A stretch of DNA of 64,000 nucleotides, taken from contig NC_058368.1 in NCBI RefSeq assembly GCF_018350175.1, positions 127,040,001 through 127,104,000 of the forward strand. Direction: 5' to 3'. Below are positions 13,646 through 26,539 of the stretch, in pieces. Every line of letters starts with the position of its first letter. Positions within the stretch are counted from its first letter, which is position 1. The stretch is from Felis catus (Eukaryota). Both the position numbers and the translations under genes were made by a program. The notes under the pieces were generated by a model that worked only from the letters and a program-made list of their open reading frames with translations, ran no database searches and was not told the origin of the DNA.

Positions 13646-14559
13646 TGGCAGCATTCCATTTGTTTAATGATCTGGCATGTGCATGGGGAGTTTACTTAGT
13701 GCCTATCATTGGTAACAAAGGGGGGTGGGGAACACAAATCCGTCGTTGTTCCCACTGTTCCAGAACTACTTCCAAAATGTTTTCATCCAGCTCTGACTTA
13801 GACTAAAGCCAGTCTAAATGTTTTTCTAAGACAAAAATGTCTCAGAAATTTCTGAAACGGGCATTGATTCTTGTTGGTCACTGGGGTGCTGTTTACACCC
13901 CAGGACAGTGACCTACAGCATTATCCCCTGAAGGGGTTAACGGTGCTTCCTGAGGTGCCAACCATGATTAACTCAGTCACTGGAAAAACCTGGCTCATTA
14001 TCACATGTAAACAACTCACAGCACTGAAAGGTCACGCTGCCTATGACGGAGTATTCAAATAACCAAGTGCTGACATCAGAGCATGCTGTCTTTCATTAGG
14101 CATGAAGTCTTGAATGATGCAGAAATAGAAATAAATCTGATAAATGATCCACTGTCATTAAATCATACAGGCCTAATTTAGACTTTAAGGATTGAATATC
14201 AAATATACTAATAAAATATTTTAAATGAGATTATTGCACTCCCTAAATACTCCTTTTTTCTAGACAGAATTTTAACCTCAGAATTCTGAGACCTTTATCT
14301 AATAAATTATAGTGAGTGCACTGCATTTGACACCTGGATAAACAGAAATAGTGCTGCAGCTAATTCAAGTTCTACACTCATTTGAAAGAAAACATTAGTT
14401 CATGAAAGATAGACTATAATTGTTTTTCTGTGAAACAATTTTTGACTCTGTTATAGTAAAGGTTATTAAATCAGATAATTTTGTTTCAGATATTAATTTA
14501 AATTTCATGTAGTTTTTGCATAATCTATCTTCATACAGGACAGAGTTTAAACAGAACAA

Positions 14560-14990
14560 AGGGTAGAATGTAAACTATATCTCCCTCATTAATAAAGACA
14601 AAAACCAAAATTATCGTTATTTGTGAGAGGAGGCAGGTAGATGAAATTGACAACATATGCTCAGGGGGTATTAAACATATTGGTACTGTTCTACTTCTTT
14701 AGCTGCTGATTTTAGTGTCCTTTATATTTTAGATAATAACTAGATATATTCTCTTATATGCATGAATTACTTCAAAATAAAAAGTGAAAAAATAAATTTC
14801 CTTTCCAGCCCCTCGTCCAGGCATGCCGCCTATCCCCTCTCCAAATTGACTTGTAGGTTGTCTCCTCACGTTTGCTTTTACAAACACTGCTGCAGTAAAT
14901 AACTTTGTAAATACATCGTGCCTTTTGTGGGCTGATATTAGATCACTGTTTCTGTGGCAGGACAAATAATACTTTATAAAATTTCTAATA
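14560..14990. mobile_element. Old L1 (L1ME-like) 3' fragments in opposite orientations
   Basis: Resemblance to old L1 3' UTR by eye, e.g. acaaacactgctgcagtaaataactttgta. Confidence 0.4.
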
Positions 14991-16091
14991 AGGATTAATT
15001 ATTATCTCCTGCACTACAGCACACATATGATACTGGCAGAAGTATAAATAAAAGTTCCAGACATATGCTACAGGGGCGTTGCCCTGGATTTAGCTGATTG
15101 ATCCTGGGTGCCTACATCACGAATGCATGGAGTTAGTGTTTCATGCTCTCACTTGTCTTGCAGGCCACAGAGTGAAGCATCTGGAACTCTAGGCTGTGTG
15201 GGAGAACTGGAAACAGTTTGACTCAAGCCCCTCAGTAAGGATCTAGTTATTCTTTGCTTTTGTTTCAGGGAAACTCTCACTCCCCTTGAATCCAACCTTT
15301 TGAGAATTATAGTCAGGGCTTTGCAACTCCTATACTTTTCTCCACTCCTTAAGGTGTGCTAACCAAAAAGTACCTTGAGGTTTTTCCCTTACACAGCTCA
15401 ATGGATAGAAAATGAAGGCCATTTCTTTCTCTTCTGCCCCTCCAAGCAACAGTGTAATCAGTCAAGGTCAAAAATACATTTTCAATGATGAGACATATAT
15501 ACACTTTAGGAAAGAAATCGTGACAGCACTACGGAAAACTTTTGCAGAGGTGGATGATGTATTGGCCCAGGAGAAGGATTAAATATTATTTATACACATG
15601 AATCTTAGATTTTCTTAAATACTTTTAAACATTTATTAACCAATAAGATTCACTGAAAATAGCAGGAAACTATGGGTTTCATTTAAAAGTTAAACAACAA
15701 ACAACTGAACATAATAGACTAAAAGAAATGTATCTGTCAATGATTTCTTAAAAAGATGTCAAAAGGAGGTTGCTTCAAACAAACAGACAAAAAAAGATGT
15801 GGCAACAACATTCTCCTTAAAAATCCCTGCTTACAAGGTAACAAAGAATTTTGAGGATTACTTTTCATTCCAAATACACTTTATACCAATAGATGGTGCT
15901 AAAATACAGACCAAGAGTTGCCAGTGGCCTTGAGGAAAGGGAGAACAAGAAAGAATTCCTTGCCTTGGTTTTACTTCCAGAAAAAAACAAAAACAAAAAC
16001 AAAAACAATAACAACAAAAATGGAGTCAAAGTATAATTATTTATAAGATAGAAAGGTCATTTTGATAGAAAACTTCTTTCCAAGTTATGTT

Positions 16092-16170
16092 TTAGTTAAA
16101 CCATATGAAATTGCTCTTTTTGTAGGTCAACAGAGGTTGAATATTGATGGTTTCATATAATGAAATCTAA
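16092..16170. mobile_element. MADE2-like mariner MITE (about 80 bp)
   Basis: gttaaaccatatgaaattgc...ttttgtaggtcaa...gtttcatataatgaaatctaa with degenerate terminal inverted repeats. Confidence 0.75.
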
Positions 16171-16289
16171 AAAGTACTTTGATTCCTAGAAGATGCTAGC
16201 TGTAATTTCTTTTAATAAAATATCAGGGAAAAACTAGCAGAAGCAACTGAAATGTGATGACCAACTTCTTTTACAAGCCAGTAGGGGCG

Positions 16290-17230
16290 CCTGGTGGACT
16301 CATCAAGCTGGAGATTGAGATGAGCCACAAGGTGGCTGCTGCTGGCTGAAATGGGTCAGGGATACTCAGGGGCCTTAAAAATGTAATACATTGGCAATGT
16401 TCTATTGCCAATGGAACAGTAATGTTCTATAGAGTTAGCGACTGGTACATTTTTTACAAAATTATCCTAGGTGCTATATTTTGCTTACAGTAAAGGTAAA
16501 ATGACTCATCTGTTCCTACTCTGTATATCTCCTTAGTTTTTTTAGCATGGGGGTTTCTCCAGGGATCCCAGATAATAGTGGGTATTTTCTGGCTTTTCCT
16601 TAGTCAAATATTACACTTCTTTTAGCAAGATGAGAATTTCACCTAGATGAGAATTCTAGTTGGCTTGCAGTTTTACAAGGTAGTCATATCACATATCTGG
16701 ACAGGTATGGCCAGACGTAGCTAACTAAAAATCAGAGTTTGCTAAATTTCATCAGTGTTGTGTCTCACTGGTATTCCTTAGTCTACGGAAAGAACTCTGG
16801 CCAAACTGTTCCTATACTTTTAGGAGGAAAAGGCCAGCTGTAGAGAGGCATGATGTGGCATGGCATTGGGATTCCTCTCAATACCTAGCCTTTGTGCCTA
16901 AGAAAATCCCCACACCCAAAGATTTCAACAAAAACATAGGAGAATATTTCAAGATGGAAATAAGTCACATCTATAAAGATGTCACTTTTTTGAGGACCAA
17001 AAAGATTTTGAGCTTATAGGGGAAATATAAGAAATTGGAAGTGGCAAAGAGTTTAGGTTAAACACCAGCAAGAATTTCTTACCCGGACAGTGTTGTAGAC
17101 ATGGGAACACAGTCTGAAGCAGTGTTGTAGGACCCCTTCTGAAGATTACATCTGTCCAAATGGGTTAGGTTTCAGCCATGTCCATCAAATTGGATGTCTT
17201 TCTAAATTGTCTTATAACAAGATTTTGTTC
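16290..17230 (+). mobile_element. Very old L3/CR1 LINE remnants (pieces at about 16290-16380 and 17030-17230)
   Basis: gagtttaggttaaacaccagcaagaatttcttac and following sequence resemble the CR1/L3 3' end. Confidence 0.45.
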
Positions 17231-18035
17231 TCTTAGCTTTACAGAAATCCATGACTGGGGAATAAAACACGTTTTGGAGACTCAGGCAGAAAGCAATGAG
17301 TTCTCAAGTAGAGGCAGATGAGGTGGGTTTTGGAGATCTTTGACCTCTTTAGACAGTGTGAGGCTGGTTATTAAGGATTATGGAAAGGAAAATACACTAA
17401 AAAAAATAAACCTAGGGAGATGTAAAGTAAAATGCCAATACTAGTTATTTGGGGGTTTGGAATTATGGGAAATTTCCATTTTTTCCTTTTGCTTATATTT
17501 CTTTTTAAAATTTTTATGGCAAAAGAAATTCTATTTTGAAAGGAGAATGTCTTTTTAGCCAGAATAATTTAGTGTGAAATTCTAAACTCCAAAGCATACT
17601 GGAGGAAGGGGATAATTCTTGGTCTGTTTGAACACTGCCTCGGGTGACTTGTCTAAAATCAAGTCTCCTGTCCATTTGCAAAAACAACTATGACATATTA
17701 AGCCAAATAATGCATACATCACTTCAAGTGACTAAATATCTTTCATTTTAAGCATTATCTATAATATTTAGCAGTCAATGGTATTATATCTCATACTAAA
17801 AATTTAAGGTATTACTGGTTAGGTCAACAAAATATTCTAGGAGGTATCCAACAGGGCTTAAGAGAAGGTCATAGACAAACTGTTGCTTACTGGGCCTTTT
17901 TATCTGCTTTCCCAAAGATGCCCCATCAGTGGTGAAACTGTTCAGTATTTAACAGGCTTTTTTTTTTTTTTAATTCTAGTATAGCTTTCCAGATCATGTA
18001 CTTGAGTAAAAGGCCATTTGTGAAAATACGAAGCA

Positions 18036-18040
<5 letters not shown>

Positions 18041-18069
<29 letters not shown>

Positions 18070-18073
18070 CAAA
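18041..18073. repeat. (AAAAC)n microsatellite
   Basis: Read directly from the sequence. Confidence 0.9.
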
Positions 18074-19580
18074 TCTGCAGCCTCTGGGCCAATGACCAAC
18101 CACCTTCCATAAGGTGTTATGAAACATTGAGCTAATCATATGTAAACTCTTCTAAATACATTCCAGGATTATTTTCAGGCATCAGATATGCCTATGTACT
18201 ATGCAGAGTTGGTTTATATTCAAATCCTAATTTCAAAAGTATTAAGTATATATATTTATTTAAAAAGTTTGCTAACATAGAATAAATGATTTTTTACATG
18301 TATATATTTCTCAGTGTACTAAAATTCTGTTGTTTTTTTTGTAGATTATAGGAATACCATAGAATATGTATAATTATATAGAATTCTTGGGAATTTAAGA
18401 CCATCGATGGCAAGGACCAAATCAAATTGATTAATCTATTTATTGGAGAAAAATTTATTTTTTAAATAAAAGTATTTGTTATTTAATAAATACTACTTGA
18501 AGTATCATATCATATACATATTTTTTCTGATTTTTTACCATATATTTAGATATATTTTTCTTACAACAATATCCAGAGACTTTAGTCAGAAGCAATAATA
18601 GTTAATTACCTGAATAAACCATAGTTGGAATGATTATTTCTATGTTTGGTGATGGTTACTTATATTATTTTAGCTGATTTTAATTTCTCACCCAGCTCTC
18701 ACTCTTAGAAATAAAATTATGGGTACTCAATAGTAATCAGTTAAAAATCCCTAAATTTAAATGATCTTGTTACCACAAAATAGGATTAAAACAATGAAGA
18801 GTGTAAATGTTTTTTGAACGCAGAAATATGGGTACTAGAAAGAATTTATGATCTCTGGAAAAACCTTAAGCAAAAAAGTCATTACTCTTCTAAAAGATAT
18901 GGTGGTAATATTCTACTTTTAATTGCTGGCAGTAATGAAAAAAATCACTATTATATGGTGTGTTATTTATGGATTCACTAAATTTTTGGTCTAAGTTATA
19001 GCAATTATAAAATTTCATGAAATTTGGAAAAGTAGAGGAATTATGCATAATTCTATAATCTACACCCTGCGTTATGTTTTTTAAAACTATTATAACATTT
19101 TAGACATGAAAGAGCTCTTACTGATAACACTTAAAATTCATTTTGTTTTCTAGAAATTGTGCTGAGCATTTCACAAGTTTATTTTAATATCTTAAAAACC
19201 TCACGAAGTGGGTTCTATTGGAACAGTCATTTAGCAGAGGAGTAACCCAGGCTGGGGAAAGTTCCTTGATTTGCTCAAGGCCATTCACTGAGCAAGAGGA
19301 AGAGAGGGGGTTTGAACTGGGGTCTACCTTTATCACACAAGTCCTTCACCTTTGCTGGTTGAAAAAAGAAGCCTTAGAGAAGTTAAATGAGTTGCCCAAG
19401 GCACTAGAACTAGTTTTAGTTATAATTATGATTAGCCTTTATCATGATTTTTATAATCTATCTGGATCACTTGTATTCTCATACTCAGTATTTCTTTTTA
19501 GCAGTCAGTGTTGGTTTTAAGCCTGTTTCATGCCCTGGTTAAATCAATAATACTCTATTCTTTCCCGAGTCTATCTATAT

Positions 19581-19745
19581 CAGTGACTCTCAACTTTTCC
19601 TGGAAAAATACCGGGCCTTTAAAAAATACAGGTACTTGGATCCAATCCACAGATTTTTGGATCCAGTTGATTAGGGATATGACCTAGGGCCTGGGATAAC
19701 AGCTTCTAGGTGATTCTAATGTACAGCTAGGGTAGCAAAGCACTG
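19581..19745. mobile_element. MER5-type hAT-Charlie MITE
   Basis: cagtgactctcaac ... aggtgattctaatgtacagctagggt...cactg termini. Confidence 0.7.
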
Positions 19746-20304
19746 ACCTATACAAAGAATATCTGCTTTTCAACCATTTAATATATATTCCAAATGCTTT
19801 AGATCATTTTATCATCTTCCAGTATTTATGTCATATGGTTATTTTCATGATTTGTAAGCCTAAAGGGAGCAAATAAAGATAAATTTAAATCTGTACAAAT
19901 GACACATAAAAAAGGGAGTAAATAAAGCATTAGGTTGAACTGAAATATTAAATTTCAAGCACTGATCATGTACCTAAATATACTAAATGTAACTTAATCC
20001 ATGGTATAGATTTCTGCTTCAAGTGTTTATATCAGCTAAGGAAATATGGTCTCATTTAAGTATGTCACTTAGGTAATTTGTAATCTGAAGCAAAGACATT
20101 CTTCGGGTCTATGGGTTTATAGGAAACAGTCCAATATGGTTAAGGTCACATCCTCTAACATTGCCTTTGAATTACTTAAACGAACCACAGAATTTTTATT
20201 TATACTTGCATTTGATTTACAGTGACATTAAGAACCAGAACTAATCCCCCAAATTAAATTCTCAAATCTGCGGCAAACCTGCCCGTTCACGAAACGGGGC
20301 TTAC

Positions 20305-20341
20305 CTGAGCAAATGGAGTCACGATCAAGTCATCTCCATGT
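20305..20341 (-). CDS. PDE4D: PDE4D 37-nt exon (phase 2-0), UCR1: (I)HGDDLIVTPFAQ
   Basis: Acceptor gtttttcag|ACATGGAGAT and donor GCTCAG|gtaagc; in frame with both neighbouring exons. Confidence 0.96.
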
Positions 20342-20559
20342 CTGAAAAACAAACCAAATCCTGGGTTAGAAATTATGATAACTCTATGACCACCTTTAAC
20401 CGATATTAAATGTAAGCTCCACGTTCATAATTTCCCATTGAGAATTACAGTAATTCCATCCTTATTCTTCAGCACATGGTCTTCCCAGCCAGTGGGTTGA
20501 AAAAAAGTCTTCCGGGATGTTAAACATTGTCCAGGTGCCTTGGTGAAAAGGGGCTTCTT

Positions 20560-21400
20560 GATCATCAAGCAAGGTCACTGTTGCTTATTAAGTACACAGG
20601 ACATACAATAGCAGAAGATGAGTTCCGGCAGCGGGGCCGGAGGTTTACTCGTGGCTTCTTATGGTAGGTATTAGTAAGGGTGCTGTGGAAGGGGCTGGCA
20701 ACTGCAGTGGCTTCAGTGAGAGGCCCCTGGACCAGCTAATACTTTGAAGGTGATGAGCATCGAGTCTTCCGCATCATGGTGTGTGACTTTTGGACAGGCT
20801 GGCAACTGTAGATGAAATGGACTGCATCATACACTAATAAAAACTCGGCGAAACTTTTCGACTGACTCACGTCCCGCTGCTGTAGCTACGGGGGAATGTT
20901 ACCCCGTGTGTGCTGTTGCTGCAGCAACCTCGGCTACACCGAGCCTGGGATGCGGGAGCAAGGTGTCAGCATGACGTGACTGGGAGAAACCGGGAAAGGC
21001 AAGGAAAGTTGTGCAACATTCTACTCAGAGGAAAAGTGAGGAACCGGGGCCTAGAGTTCTTTCGTGGTATCTCTTAGTGTGAGTAACTCGTGAGAGGCAC
21101 TTCTACAATCTCCATGGGGTATTTCTTGATCTCGCTGGCTGAAGCTCTTTCATCAAAGGTGAATGTAATCACTCGACACAGAAAGCTTCCTGGACATGAC
21201 TTTGACTGAGAACACTGCAACTGAACTGTTCACTCGGTCATGAACAATTCTGAAACGGACTGAATGACCTAAAACAACACCCATGAAATATGCTTCAGCA
21301 CAAGCTGCATATGGATGACGTCAGTACACGGATCATTACCAATGATTAGACCAGTTGTTACAGACATCATCAAATTACAGGGATCTTGGAATTCAAAGTG
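20560..21400. promoter_or_regulatory. Candidate intronic enhancer with CRE and AP-1 motifs
   Basis: Non-repetitive segment with more CpGs than its surroundings; TGACTCA 20863-20869, TGACGTGA 20972-20979, perfect CRE TGACGTCA 21316-21323. Confidence 0.45.
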
Positions 21401-21984
21401 TGGGAAAATAAAAAGCAGGGAAAGGTCGGTACACACTTTAAAGGAAACGTGCTATTTGACAACCCTTCGCTCCGGGATTACATTTGGGGGAGGAGGACAC
21501 CTGTTTTTTTTGGTAGATTAATCAGATGGTCAAAATTAAAGTCAAAATGAAATCTAGGTATTTTCCCAAGAGACAGTCTTCTATTTTATTTTTTATAATT
21601 GTCTGACTATAAACTTTATTTTCTAAGAACTAAGTTATCCTGACCAACGCATACCACTAATCTGAAATTGAGCCCTGGAAATAAGTCATCTAGTTTTTTA
21701 CATGAATTACATTGGGTGACTCTAAACTAAAAAGGGTGTGAATGTTTATTAAAACACGAATTCTTTCTTTGGTTGTATTTCATTCCCAAGCTTTGTAAAA
21801 AATATATTTAGAATATACAATATTTACGATGATTTATCAGTCTTGCTTCCCTTCCCTGTCAAAGCAGAAAGAAAGACAGTTATAATTTTAGTGATGGAGA
21901 GACTTCATTCTTTTAAATTGCTCAGAAATTGTTTTTCTCAAATATCTCAAGATTGTCTCAGTTCAGTAACAGTAAAAATATTTC

Positions 21985-22063
21985 TATTCTTTCTTTTTTT
22001 TTTTTTAAGTTTATTCAGTTTGAGAGAGAGAGAGTGGAAGAGGGGCAGAGAGAACAAATCCCA
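21985..22063 (-). mobile_element. 5'-truncated Can-SINE 3' end
   Basis: Poly-T, (GA)n, ggggcagagaga...aatcccaa. Confidence 0.75.
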
Positions 22064-22292
22064 AATCCCGGTTCGTTTCAAAATGATGTAATGCTTAAAC
22101 CATCCTTGAATATATAACAAATATATAATTTTTAAGTCTTTGTCTAAGCCCTCACCTCAGTATTGAAATATTTTATCGGACCTACTGTCACAAGTACAAT
22201 GGTGCAGGTAAAATGTATGTTGTTTTGTGAATGGAGGAAAATAAATACTATATAAACATACATTTTAGTATGTTTGTGCGTATTATAATGTG

Positions 22293-22315
22293 TATATATA
22301 TATATATATATATAC
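22293..22315. repeat. (TA)n microsatellite
   Basis: Read directly from the sequence. Confidence 0.9.
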
Positions 22316-22928
22316 ACATGTGCGTATATAATGTGCGTATTATAATAAAAGAACAGAGCTGGTAAGTATGATCCAAAGAAGGTTCATTTTGTTAGTATTG
22401 ATAATTTGGCTTAACGTATTTGTGAATTTTAACCACCTATAATTGTACACACGCACAAAAGCCCATGATAGAAAATGATTCTGAAATGTTGCATTTGAAT
22501 AGCATTCCAAACAAGGAACTTTTTTAAACAAAGAAACTTAGCTAATTAAAGTGTAGCTGGAAGGAATTATAATAACACACGACAAGATCATGGGGACTCC
22601 CTAAAGTGGAAAGAGACTGTAAGGTCCCCTATCATTTGAGGAGAAGTTTGCTTCAAATTTGCAATGAGTATTGTCTGGAGACTTGAAATTGTACCTCCTG
22701 GTGATATGATTCTTCTGAAGAAGATCATGTAACAGTGCTCTCTCATTTAAATAAAACCAAACATAACAACAACAAACTTTAATAAAAAAGGAATGGGAAT
22801 GCTTTCAGGGAAGAAAAAATAGCTTTTTGGGGGGATTGGTATATTTATAGGGACAGGTGGGAAGAGAATGACAGGGAATGGGTGGTGGGATCAGAAATAA
22901 AGCTCCATTTTTGACTTTTAATGTAAAT

Positions 22929-22956
22929 ATGTATGTATGTATGTATGTATGTATGC
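22929..22956. repeat. (TATG)n microsatellite
   Basis: Read directly from the sequence. Confidence 0.9.
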
Positions 22957-24151
22957 ATGTGGGCGATGAGATTGGGGCCTAGGTAATAGTCACAGCATTC
23001 CATGCCATGCACCTCTGGTCTTATGATGTGGAAAGAAGTGCTCAGTCTCCTGCTGGGGCTACTATGGGCTGAAACAGAGTCACCTACTCTAGGCAGGGAG
23101 GGCTGGCTGTGCCCTCTTCCAGAGAGACATGACTGGGTCCCACGGGCCGGGAGATACAAGGCTCAATGGGCACTGTCGAATTTTCTGTTTTTTCAAAGAG
23201 GAATGACAGTAAGAGTTAAGAACTACTCCCTGTGCCTTGGGCCATCCTTCCCCTACTTCTGTATCACTTCCTACTTTATTTTCTACCCTCATTCTTTCTG
23301 TAGTAAGAAGCCACAAACATTAGCAAAAAACCTGAAGAAGTGAAACCCAAAAGCAAACCCTTTCACAGAGACTTCAGTGGGGTCTGGAAACTATTTAAGT
23401 ACTTAAATATGGGAAAAAATGTGTGTCATCTAACAAAATGAATTCAACCAACAGCAGCACCTGAGAATATAATTTTGTAAACTAGCTCATTTCAAAATCA
23501 TGCTGATGCACACTAGGGCAGCAACCTTTCCATACTTTATTATTACTAAACCAGAAGGAAAGGCAGAAGAAGTTAATGAGAAGAAAGTGTTACTTTATTA
23601 AGCAAAGATCCCTAATCCTATGATGCCAAAAGCATTAATGGCCACAAAGTACCCGCTGCATCTGATTGTTATACATTGCAAACTTTAGCACAAATAGTTA
23701 TATGAAATAACGCTCTAACGCAAGCCACGGGCTGAGGCTTACTTTCTAAATCTAATCTGGGGCCAACTTCTGTATCTTCTGTGCTTCACTCTCTGTTGCT
23801 ATAAAACTAGGAAGAAATTTTCCTCTGGGGTTTGTCAGGAGGACTAGTGGATTGATAAACATACAGATAACTGGTCTTTTGAAATCCTGGTGTTTTTTTT
23901 CCCTTTGGCTCAAAACTATCATCCGTCTTCAATTCACCCTTAATCCACTTGTTTTGGAATTAGAGAGAAACAAGTATGCTCCCGTTTCTAATATGCACAT
24001 AAACATGTTTCTGGGCACCTAGGGAGGGTATCTGACAACACCCAAGAATGAGCCACAGGACGAACACATCTACTCACCATGCTGCTCCCATGTTCACGCA
24101 AGTACAGACATACACAATACACAAACAAACAAACAGACAACACAATCTACT

Positions 24152-24278
24152 CCAGCCTCGCATCAGGCTCTGTGCTCACGGTGTGGAGCCTGCTTGGGAA
24201 TTCTCTCTCCCTCTCTCTCTGCCCCTCCTCTGCTCATTCTTTCTCTCTCAAAATTAATAAATAAAAACTTAAAAAAAA
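24152..24278 (+). mobile_element. 5'-truncated Can-SINE
   Basis: gcatcaggctctgtgct...gagcctgcttggga, CT tract, A tail; flanked by aatctac. Confidence 0.85.
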
Positions 24279-24742
24279 TCTACCTCAGCTTTTAAAAAAC
24301 TGATACATACAATGTGAATGTAAATCATGTAGAAACTGTAGGAAACTTGGAAAATACAGAAAAAAGCTTGCAGAACTACTCAACAATAACTGGCAATGAC
24401 ATTTTCCTTCTGGATTATGTAAGCACATGTATATTATATATGATTTTTATGGAATACAGGATTTCTTACACAATTAGAGTCATGTTGTATATTTCATTTT
24501 ATATCTTGCTTTTAACATTAAATATATTGAATCACGAAAAATTGTACATGCCTTTATACTTTTAAAACATTTTTAATATTTCTTGTCTATTTTTAGTAAT
24601 CTCTAAATTTTTCAAGTAGACACCAATCCAAATGTATTAAAATATAAATGCAATTCTATTTTAAAATTAAAATGATTTTAAATAATTGTACAAATACTCA
24701 AATTCATTTTAGTTTTTCATTTCTTTAAAAACAACTTAGTAA

Positions 24743-24904
24743 AGGGGTGCCTGGGTGGCTCAGTTTGTTAAGTGTCTGACTTCGGCTCAGGTCATGATCT
24801 CATAGATCATGGGTGGGTTCCGGCCCCACACCAGGCTCTCTGCTGTCAGCACAGAGCCCACTTTGGATGCTCTGTCTCCTTTTCTCTCTGCACCTCCTCC
24901 ACTG

Positions 24905-24947
<43 letters not shown>

Positions 24948-24980
24948 CTCTCTCAAAAACAAATAAACATTAAAAAAAAA
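24743..24980 (+). mobile_element. Can-SINE
   Basis: Head ggggtgcctgggtggctcag, (CT)n, A tail. Confidence 0.93.
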
Positions 24981-25229
24981 ACTTCACTAAAGATAATGTG
25001 CTTATTTCTGGTAAAGCACTCATAAGATAAAGCTAAGTGTTAAAATATTACATGAAGAATTGGGTTCATTGAGAAAAAAATTCATGGAGATGTTGAATAT
25101 TTTATCTTGTAACCATTTTAATTAAAATCACAAAACTATGGTTTCAGACAATAAATGTATGATGGAAAATTTGGCTACCAAGTACATTTTGAGAAACTAA
25201 ATTCTCTTTTTCCATAGATACCATTTTTA

Positions 25230-25437
25230 TTTTTAACGTTTATTTATTTTTGAGACAGAGAGAGACAGAGCATGAATGGGGGAGGAGCAGAGAGAGAGGG
25301 AGACACAGAATCAGAAGCAGGCTCCAGGCTCCAAGCCATCAGCCCAGAGCCCGACGCGGGGCTCGAACTCAGGGACCGTGAGATCATGACCTGAGCCAAA
25401 GTCGGACGCTTAACCGACTGAGCCACCAGGCGCCCCG
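25230..25437 (-). mobile_element. Felid SINEC_Fc
   Basis: Perfect TSD tagataccattttta (25215-25229 and 25438-25452). Confidence 0.94.
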
Positions 25438-26539
25438 TAGATACCATTTTTAAAAGGTGATCTATTTTTCCAAAAAAATAATGTTGGCTTTGAGAAACTA
25501 TAAATGTCACATTTAAGAATATAAGGAACCCTCCAAAATTACTTATGAAGAAGGCATTATGATTTTGATAAACTCCTCAGTAGGCATTATATTGCTAAAA
25601 CAAAGAGACAAACAACAAATGAAAAAATGTACTTCATTTGTATCAGATTCACTTGATGACACTAGTCCTCTAAAGTGCTCAGCCTTTTAATTTACAACTG
25701 GCTACACTCTAAGTAAAAAAGCAAAATAAAATAATAAGTAGTGCCTACATTTATGAACCCCAGGGAATGATGTTCGTATATAACAAAGCCAACCTCTGGC
25801 AGACCTGAATGTGATTTTCCTCCCTGAAGCTACTGCCGTGTAGAATTCATATAATCCATTACCACAAAAGTTTGGTCCTTCGGTCAAAAGTCACAACTAC
25901 CAAAACTTGTATTTGGGCAAGAAGGTCTAACATTTTACTGAAAATCCAAAATAATGTAAATTAATATAGGAGCAAAATTAAAGCTGTTCAATACTGTATA
26001 AGGTAGTATGTTCCAATTTCTTTTTTCACTATCAAACTCCAAGCCACGTTTGTGGGTATTTGCATATCTAGCTTTGATGGTTTTTTTTGCTAATGTGAAC
26101 TATAGGTACCAGTCATCACATTGGAATGTTTACCCCAGTTGAAGAGCACCTTGGTGTTTATATCCCATACCAGCACAAAAAGGAAAAACAAACTTACAGA
26201 TCTTTCCTCAGTTTTAACAGAAAAATAAGCTAATATAAAAACAGGTGACTGAGGCGATTCAAGTTCTTAAGTTTATTGAGGAAACAGCCTGTCTTATATG
26301 CTTTTAATCCTTTATTTGCCTTTGAATTGTAATTTCCTAATATACTTGAGTAATAACTTGTTCTGAAGACCTTTACCCTGATGCCCCACAGAATAACTCA
26401 ATGTCTTATTGGTTTCAGCACTGATGGCCCTTATAATATGTTGCTATTTTTTTCTTAAATGGAGCTTTCAATATAATTATTAAAAAATAAGAGTACAAAG
26501 ATCTAACAAAATTATAAATAATAATGGTAATAATCACAA

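Noticed and set aside
16284..16302. ggggcgcctggtggactca as a SINE insertion
   Set aside because: Only about 19 nt resemble the SINE head; no body, tail or TSD follows
16413..16428. ggaacagtaatgttct as a glucocorticoid/androgen response element
   Set aside because: The spacer is 4 nt rather than 3, and the motif is explained by the local micro-duplication
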